A stretch of 64,000 bases of DNA from assembly GCA_963712025.1 (NCBI GenBank), contig CAVQGJ010000002.1, positions 131,005 to 195,004 on the forward strand. The letters run 5' to 3'. Below are positions 58,674 through 64,000 of the stretch, in pieces. This DNA is from an uncultured Verrucomicrobiae bacterium. GTDB lineage: Bacteria > Verrucomicrobiota > Verrucomicrobiia > Palsa-1439. Position 1 is the first letter of the stretch. Every line of letters begins with the position of its first letter. Under the pieces are notes generated by a model that saw nothing but the letters and a program-made list of their open reading frames with translations, searched no databases and was not told the origin of the DNA. Both the position numbers and the translations under genes were made by a program.

Positions 58674-59591
58674 ATGGCTATTGACCTTGAAGAATTCGGG
58701 CTGTATCTGCGGCGACTGAGGGAAAGTCGAGGGCTTTCCCTAAGACGAGCAGCCGCAGAGGCGGGGATTTCGTCCGCCTACCTCTCGCAAGTCGAGGGGG
58801 GCAAACGAGGGAAGCGTAAGAAGGGCGACCAGTTTGCGCCGCACCCGCATATCTTGAAAAAGCTGGCCGACCTCTATCACGTCGAGCCGATGGGCATTTT
58901 AGAGCGCGCGGAATACGTCCAAACGGAAGCGCACTACGATGGCTTCTCAGAAGGACGGGAAATCGACCGCGTGTTTGATTTTGTAATCTGCGATCCCGCG
59001 CTCAAGCACGTCTTTACCGCGCTCGACAAAAGAGCCATCGTCAACCGCTACGAAGCACTCACCGGGCGCAAGCTGATTACATGGGCGGGCGATAGCGCGC
59101 AATCGTCAGCAAAGAAAACGGGATTCGCTGGACTCACGTTATTCGACGGAATCTTGCACGCCGAAACTGTGCACGCCACGCTCAGCCTGCAAGAAGTGGC
59201 GCACGAGTTGGCGTGCGACGTGAGTGTGGTTGAAAAATACGTTGCGAATGGCTGGTTGCACGCAACCAAAGATTCCACAGGGAATCCTTGCGTCGAAAAG
59301 CAAGCTCTGCGAGACTTCAAGGATTACGCGGTCCGGGATGGACTGCGACTGCGAGAAGCCTGCAAGCACGCTCACAAACCGCACACACCCGAAGATTTCG
59401 TCAACGCCGTGATTGCCTTGCACGCTCCGAAACCGCTTCAAACGGTGACATTGAAAGTTATTGAAAGCAGAAAAGCACATCGACGCACACCTGTCGCCAG
59501 CGAAGCACAGCACAGAGGAAAACGCCGCCGTTTTGGAAGAAGTGAAAAAGCACCCGGTTTATCGAAAGGAATTGAAAGAGCATCCGATTAG
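58674..59591 (+). CDS. XRE-family HTH protein with a second C-terminal HTH (cI-like/excisionase-like)
   Basis: N-terminus FGLYLRRLRESRGLSLRRAAAEAGISSAYLSQVEGGKR. A second helix-turn-helix-like segment LSLQEVAHELACDVSVVEKYVANGWLHA. Divergent from 58327..58551. Confidence 0.7.
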   Translation: MAIDLEEFGLYLRRLRESRGLSLRRAAAEAGISSAYLSQVEGGKRGKRKKGDQFAPHPHILKKLADLYHVEPMGILERAEYVQTEAHYDGFSEGREIDRVFDFVICDPALKHVFTALDKRAIVNRYEALTGRKLITWAGDSAQSSAKKTGFAGLTLFDGILHAETVHATLSLQEVAHELACDVSVVEKYVANGWLHATKDSTGNPCVEKQALRDFKDYAVRDGLRLREACKHAHKPHTPEDFVNAVIALHAPKPLQTVTLKVIESRKAHRRTPVASEAQHRGKRRRFGRSEKAPGLSKGIERASD

Positions 59592-59672
59592 AACCGTCTT
59601 TCCCGTTACCGATGATGCGTTAAAGCAGTCGCAAAAATTGAAACGAGCCAAGCGCGAAAGCAGGGGTGAGCG

Positions 59673-61298
59673 ATGAAAGTCGTCCTCTACGCGAGAGTTT
59701 CATCAGAACGCCAAGCCGAAAAGGATATTTCGATCCCCTCGCAACTGAAAGCAATGCGCGAATACGCCGCAAAGCGCGGTTGGGAAGTGCGGGAATCATT
59801 CGTTGACGAAGCGGAAAGCGCACGCTCCGCGAATCGTCCGGCGTTTCAAAAAATGATTAGCTTGGCAAAATCCAAGAATCATCGGTTCGATGCCATTTTG
59901 GTGTGGAAACTATCGCGCTTTGCGCGAAACCGTGAAGATTCCATCATCTACAAGGCACTTCTGCGAAAACATGGGGTGCAGGTGATTTCCGTAAGCGAAC
60001 CGCTCGACGATTCGCCAGCGGGCAAGATGCTGGAAGGCATGATTGAAGTGATTGACGAATTCTATTCCGCCAATCTCGCGCAAGAAACGCTACGCGGCAT
60101 GACCGAAAACGCTTCGCAAGGCTTCTTGAACGGTTCCGTGCCGCCGTTTGGCTATCGGATCGTCAAAGTGAAAATCGGCGAGCAAGAAAAATCCAAGCTC
60201 GCGGTACAGGAAACCGAAGCGGTGATTGCGAAACGCATCTTCAAGATGTCTCTGGACGGCATGGGCACGAAGGAAATTGCCAAAGCCCTGAATGCGGAAG
60301 GGCTGCGAACACGCAAAGGGAAATTGTGGAGCAAGACCGTTCTGTATTCCATGCTCACGAATGAAACCTACACAGGCTATACGCTGTTTAATCGCTACCG
60401 CTATCGTCACATGAAACGCGCTGCCGCGAATCATCCTGTGATTCGTGTAAAGAACACGCACCCGGCCATAATTGACGAAACCCTGTTTCAACGGGTGCAA
60501 GAGATTCTGCGGGAGCGCGCACCGAAGATTCGGCATCCGCGCACAGTGAGCAGTGATTATCTACTGAGCGGCCTTGGATTCTGCAAAGACTGCGGTGCCA
60601 AGCTTATCGGCGCTACCGCCAAGAGCGGAAAATTCTTCTACTACGGCTGCCAGAATTATCTGAAAAAGGGGAAACAAGCGTGCGATTCCGGGTTGGTGAA
60701 TCGGGAGAAATTGGAGCAATCGGTAGTCGCCCGTATCAAAGAGAGAATTTTGACAGACAAGAATCTCACCGACCTTGTGAAAATGGTGAATGAGGAGCTT
60801 GCGCAACTTAAAACCGATTCGTCAGAAATCCTCGCGCAAATCGACGGGCAAATTGACGATTGTAACAAGCGTTTACAGCGATTGTTCGCTGCCGTGGAAA
60901 CCGGCAAAATGGAACTGGATGATTTAGCGCCGCGTATCCGCGAACTAAAACAGCAAATCGAACAACTTCAAAGCAAACGGCGCGGACTCGAAACTGAAAG
61001 CGGGCGTGCCATTCAAATCACGCAATCGGAGATTCAGCATTACGTGGAAGATTTGCGGTCGCTGCTAATGACCGGCACGCTTATTGAGCGAAAATCATTC
61101 CTTCGCAGTTGGATTCGCCGCGTCGAATTTAGCAAGTCCGCTGGCGGGGAAATCGAATACTGTCTGCCGCTCATTTCGACGGGGAAAGATTACGAAAAAG
61201 CGCCGGACCGCGAAGTTCTCTCTATTGGTAAAATTGGCTCCGCAGGAAGGACTCGAACCTTCAACCTAGTGATTAACAGTCACTCGCTCCACCATTGA
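59673..61298 (+). CDS. large serine recombinase (resolvase domain + recombinase domain + zinc ribbon + coiled coil)
   Basis: MKVVLYARVSSERQAEKDISIPSQ (catalytic Ser), VWKLSRFARN, GYR.V.., C..C...(13)..C Zn ribbon, and a long coiled coil. The last ~21 codons and the stop lie inside the tRNA-Asn gene on the opposite strand. Confidence 0.9.
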   Translation: MKVVLYARVSSERQAEKDISIPSQLKAMREYAAKRGWEVRESFVDEAESARSANRPAFQKMISLAKSKNHRFDAILVWKLSRFARNREDSIIYKALLRKHGVQVISVSEPLDDSPAGKMLEGMIEVIDEFYSANLAQETLRGMTENASQGFLNGSVPPFGYRIVKVKIGEQEKSKLAVQETEAVIAKRIFKMSLDGMGTKEIAKALNAEGLRTRKGKLWSKTVLYSMLTNETYTGYTLFNRYRYRHMKRAAANHPVIRVKNTHPAIIDETLFQRVQEILRERAPKIRHPRTVSSDYLLSGLGFCKDCGAKLIGATAKSGKFFYYGCQNYLKKGKQACDSGLVNREKLEQSVVARIKERILTDKNLTDLVKMVNEELAQLKTDSSEILAQIDGQIDDCNKRLQRLFAAVETGKMELDDLAPRIRELKQQIEQLQSKRRGLETESGRAIQITQSEIQHYVEDLRSLLMTGTLIERKSFLRSWIRRVEFSKSAGGEIEYCLPLISTGKDYEKAPDREVLSIGKIGSAGRTRTFNLVINSHSLHH

Positions 61299-61309
61299 GC
61301 TACTGCGGA
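61235..61309 (-). tRNA. tRNA-Asn (anticodon GTT), CCA encoded
   Basis: Manual fold: TCCGCAG-TA-GCTC-AATGGTG-GAGC-G-AGTGA-CTGTTAA-TCACT-AGGTT-GAAGG-TTCGAGT-CCTTC-CTGCGGA-G-CCA. All stems pair, and the TTCGAGT T-loop is present. Confidence 0.9.
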
Positions 61310-61328
61310 ACCTGAAAGTGATGGGTTG

Positions 61329-61940
61329 TTATATAGGCGAGACGCCCAGTTTCGTCAACTCCGCGCGCGCCTGCTCGGGATTCAGGAAATGGATGGCCTG
61401 CATGCCGACGCGGCGGGCGCCCTCGACGTTGGGGGCGAGGTCGTCCAGAAACACCGTGCGTTCCGCCGCCAGGCCGTATTTGTCCAGTGTATAGCGGTAG
61501 ATGGCGGCGTCGGGCTTGAGCAGGCCGACCTCGTGTGAGAGGACGTGCGCGTCGAAATCGTGCAGGAACCCGTATCGTTCGAGGATGAAGTCCATATGGA
61601 TGGCGTTGGTGTTCGACAGCAGCAGGCGCGGCACGAGCGTTTTCAACGATTCCGCCAGCGCGATCATCGGGTCGATCGGGGTGAAAATATCGCTCCAGAT
61701 CAGCGCGAATTCGTCATACGTGCCGTCGAACCCGAGGTCCTTCGCCACCGTATGGAAAAATTGTTTCTTCGAGACTTTGCCCAGGGCCAATTCGTGGCCG
61801 TGGGGCGTGCCGAGCATATATTCCTCGATTTGCTGCCGCGTCTTGCCGGTCCGGGCCGCCATGCGCTCCGCACCGCGCGGTTCATCCACCGCGATCAGCA
61901 CGTTGCCCAAATCAAAAACGACCGCATCAATCCCGTTCAT
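61329..61940 (-). CDS. HAD-superfamily hydrolase (subfamily IA)
   Basis: AVVFDLGNVL (motif I), LLSNTN (motif II), FLDDL (motif IV). Confidence 0.8.
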   Translation of the reverse strand: MNGIDAVVFDLGNVLIAVDEPRGAERMAARTGKTRQQIEEYMLGTPHGHELALGKVSKKQFFHTVAKDLGFDGTYDEFALIWSDIFTPIDPMIALAESLKTLVPRLLLSNTNAIHMDFILERYGFLHDFDAHVLSHEVGLLKPDAAIYRYTLDKYGLAAERTVFLDDLAPNVEGARRVGMQAIHFLNPEQARAELTKLGVSPI

Positions 61941-62500
61941 AGCCGCCCTAAAATCCCTTCCGCTTGTTGTCCCGCTTCTGTCATCGTCGTTCCGAACGAA
62001 ACAAATCCGTGGTTGCGCATAACCACAAGCCGGTGCCCGTCCAGCGCGTCCAAAATCTCCGCGACCAGGTCCGACGTCCCGTACGGCTGTTCGCGCTCGG
62101 TGACCGGCAGCCCCAGCCGCTCCGCTTCGGCCAGCAACCGGTCGCTGTGCCCGTGAAACACCGCGTTGATCTCAGGCCGCGCGGCGTAGATGCCCGCGTG
62201 CATCAGGCTTTCGCTCGATGGCTCGTACAACCCCACAACCGTCAGCTCGGGGCCGCCCGGGTCCGACTGGATCACCTCGACAAATTCCTGGCGCGTGATC
62301 CCGCCCAGGTCGCCCGCCGTGCGGTTGATGAGAAACCCGTTCACCGTGCGGAAACTGAGGTTGCCGACCGTGTCGCCGACCAACCCGAGTGCGGCCCACC
62401 GCCGGCACCACTTCAGTAACTCGCCCAGCCGCTCGTCGCCGGATACGGCGCGCCGCGCGAATACCGTGCGAAATTTCGTCCCGACGTAGACCTCGCCCAT
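61937..62500 (-). CDS. class II aldolase/adducin-family protein, possibly methylthioribulose-1-phosphate dehydratase
   Basis: GNLSFR, PSSESLMHAGIY, FHGH motifs. ATGA-type overlap with the HAD gene. Adjacent to mtnA, so the MtnB assignment is contextual. Confidence 0.7.
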   Translation of the reverse strand: MGEVYVGTKFRTVFARRAVSGDERLGELLKWCRRWAALGLVGDTVGNLSFRTVNGFLINRTAGDLGGITRQEFVEVIQSDPGGPELTVVGLYEPSSESLMHAGIYAARPEINAVFHGHSDRLLAEAERLGLPVTEREQPYGTSDLVAEILDALDGHRLVVMRNHGFVSFGTTMTEAGQQAEGILGRL

Positions 62501-62507
62501 GATCGTG

Positions 62508-63527
62508 CTATTTCCCGAACCGCCGTCGAATCTGTCCCGGCGTCACAATCCCCCGTTCCGTGATAATTCCCGTGATGTACCGGGCCGGCGTGACGTCGAA
62601 GGCCGGATTCCCCGCCGACGCCCGTCGCGGCGTCACGCGGACGCGGACCGGTCTCGATCCGCCAGTGACACCCGAGACGAAGTGTACTTCATCCTCATCG
62701 CGTTCTTCAATCGGGATGTCGTCGCCCGTGCGGCAGGCCAAATCGATGGTCGAGCTTGGCGCGGCCACGTAAAACGGGATGCCGTTCTCGCGCGCCAGCA
62801 CGGCCTTCTGGTACGTCCCGATCTTGTTGGCCACGTCGCCATTGGCCGCGATGCGGTCAGCGCCCACGATGCACAAGTCCACCTCGCCCCGCCGCATGTA
62901 AAAACCGCCGGCGTTGTCCGCGATGATTTTGTGCGGCACGCCTTCCTGGAGGAATTCCCAGCTCGTCAGGTTCGCCCCCTGATTGCGCGGGCGCGTCTCG
63001 TCCACCCACACGAATACTTTCCGCCCACGACGATGCGCCAGATAGATCGGCGCGGGCGCGCTCCCCCAGTCGACCAGCGCCAGCCAACCGGCATTGCAGT
63101 GCGTCAATACGCGTGTCCCGTTTTTGATCAGCGGCAGGCCGAATCTGGCGATCTGTTTCGCGCGGTCGACATATTCGTCGGCAATCGCTTCCGCTTCCGC
63201 CACCGCTTCCTTCACCGACGCGGCGCGGCGGCGAACGCGATCGAGGGCGTGTTTCAGGTCGGCGGCGGTCGGTCGGGTTTCCAGCAACGTGCGATAGGCG
63301 CGGTCGATATCCGCGCCCTCGGCATACGCCTGGGCCAGGCCGTAGGCTGCCGTGGCGCCGATGGTTCCCGCGCCGCGGACAATCATCGTTTGAATCGCGC
63401 GGGCCGTTTCGCGGTGGTTCTTCAACCGCAATAATTTGAACCGGTGGGGAAGCAACGGTTGATTGATGACGACAACGTCGCGACCCTCCATCCAGACCGC
63501 GCGATATTCGCGATGGCCGACTTTCAT
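62508..63527 (-). CDS. mtnA: S-methyl-5-thioribose-1-phosphate isomerase
   Basis: MIVRGAGTIGATAAYGL, CNAGWLA, GADRIAANGDVANKIGTY: a full-length eIF-2B alpha/beta/delta-type MtnA match. Confidence 0.9.
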   Translation of the reverse strand: MKVGHREYRAVWMEGRDVVVINQPLLPHRFKLLRLKNHRETARAIQTMIVRGAGTIGATAAYGLAQAYAEGADIDRAYRTLLETRPTAADLKHALDRVRRRAASVKEAVAEAEAIADEYVDRAKQIARFGLPLIKNGTRVLTHCNAGWLALVDWGSAPAPIYLAHRRGRKVFVWVDETRPRNQGANLTSWEFLQEGVPHKIIADNAGGFYMRRGEVDLCIVGADRIAANGDVANKIGTYQKAVLARENGIPFYVAAPSSTIDLACRTGDDIPIEERDEDEVHFVSGVTGGSRPVRVRVTPRRASAGNPAFDVTPARYITGIITERGIVTPGQIRRRFGK

Positions 63528-63651
63528 ACTCGGCTACTGCTGGGACACACTTGATTTGACGGGTCCAACGCAACACGGGAACAACCGGGACGCAAGGAGG
63601 AATATCCCCTCGCCCCTCCGGTGGGAGCCAAGTCCGTCTTTCTTGACGTTC

Positions 63652-63675
63652 CCCTCTCCCCTCCGGGGGAGAGGG
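63652..63675. other. perfect 10-bp stem / 4-nt loop hairpin within a GC-rich REP-like element
   Basis: ccctctcccc-tccg-ggggagaggg. No flanking T-tract, so it is not a canonical intrinsic terminator. Confidence 0.4.
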
Positions 63676-63753
63676 CGCGCCCGCCGTAGCCTGCTGTCCG
63701 GCGAAGGCGGGTCAGGGTGAGGGGGCCGTCCTCAAATGAATCGTGTCGTTGCA

Positions 63754-64000
63754 CTACAACCGTCGCCGCCCTTCCAGCGCCCGCGCCAGCGTCACTTCGT
63801 CGGCGGTCTCGAGCGCGCTGCCCACCGATAACCCGAGGGCGATGCGGCTGACCGATATGCCGAGCGGTTTGAGCTGATCGATCAAATAGCTGACCGTAGC
63901 CTCGCTCTCAACGTCGGCTCCCAGCGCCAGAATGACCTCGGTCGGTTTGTCGCGCTTCACGCGTTCGAGCAACGCCGCAATGCGGAGTTGTTCCGGTCCC
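63754..64000 (-). CDS. recR: recombination protein RecR, C-terminal (Toprim) part; 5' end beyond the window
   Basis: ..[61 protein letters not shown] matches the RecR C-terminus. The frame stays open to nt 64000. Confidence 0.85.
   Translation of the reverse strand, partial: GPEQLRIAALLERVKRDKPTEVILALGADVESEATVSYLIDQLKPLGISVSRIALGLSVGSALETADEVTLARALEGRRRL

Larger units (their letters stand above)
52318..61309. mobile_element. putative integrated element/genomic island at tRNA-Asn (serine-recombinase type)
   Basis: Composition is visibly more AT-rich than the flanks. Bounded on the right by a large serine recombinase gene abutting the 3' end of tRNA-Asn. Carries a divergent XRE pair, small unknown genes and decayed genes. 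The left boundary is only approximate. Confidence 0.55.

Noticed and set aside
62499-63434. 311-aa plus-strand ORF
   Set aside because: It is antisense to mtnA. Shadow ORF.

Overview
High-GC bacterial chromosome segment (GC judged by eye). The protein styles (an Ig/PKD-decorated pectate lyase, lipoproteins, membrane proteins fused to TPR arrays) suggest a PVC-group or Verrucomicrobia-like organism, but that is inference only. Left to right: a hicA toxin; a Tat-exported PaoABC-like Mo/FAD/2Fe-2S oxidoreductase operon; secreted beta-propeller and Calx-beta proteins; paralog A of a polytopic-membrane + C-terminal-TPR family, fused at its 3' end to a 277-bp copy of an XRE regulator gene; a full pectin/galacturonate utilisation locus (kdgK-kduI-kduD-exuT, ECF sigma/anti-sigma/lipoprotein, araC, uxaE-uxaC, a 1494-aa PL1 pectate lyase, GH105, two GH28, an esterase, eda); a compact NRPS cassette (A-T, P450, C-T-TE, convergent PPTase) whose C and TE domains appear catalytically degenerate; a GT87-like GT-C + GT2 + YdjC-deacetylase module; a Sel1-repeat protein; three more membrane-TPR paralogs (B, C, D); a lower-GC island of about 9 kb ending in a large serine recombinase that reads into tRNA-Asn(GTT); then a HAD hydrolase, an mtnB-like aldolase, mtnA and a partial recR. 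I found no rRNA genes and no CRISPR array. About 20 apparent frameshifts interrupt 10 genes. They are unevenly distributed, so they are probably a mix of real gene decay and possible homopolymer sequencing errors; this cannot be resolved from the sequence alone. Many long ORFs in the track are antisense shadows typical of high-GC DNA and were rejected.
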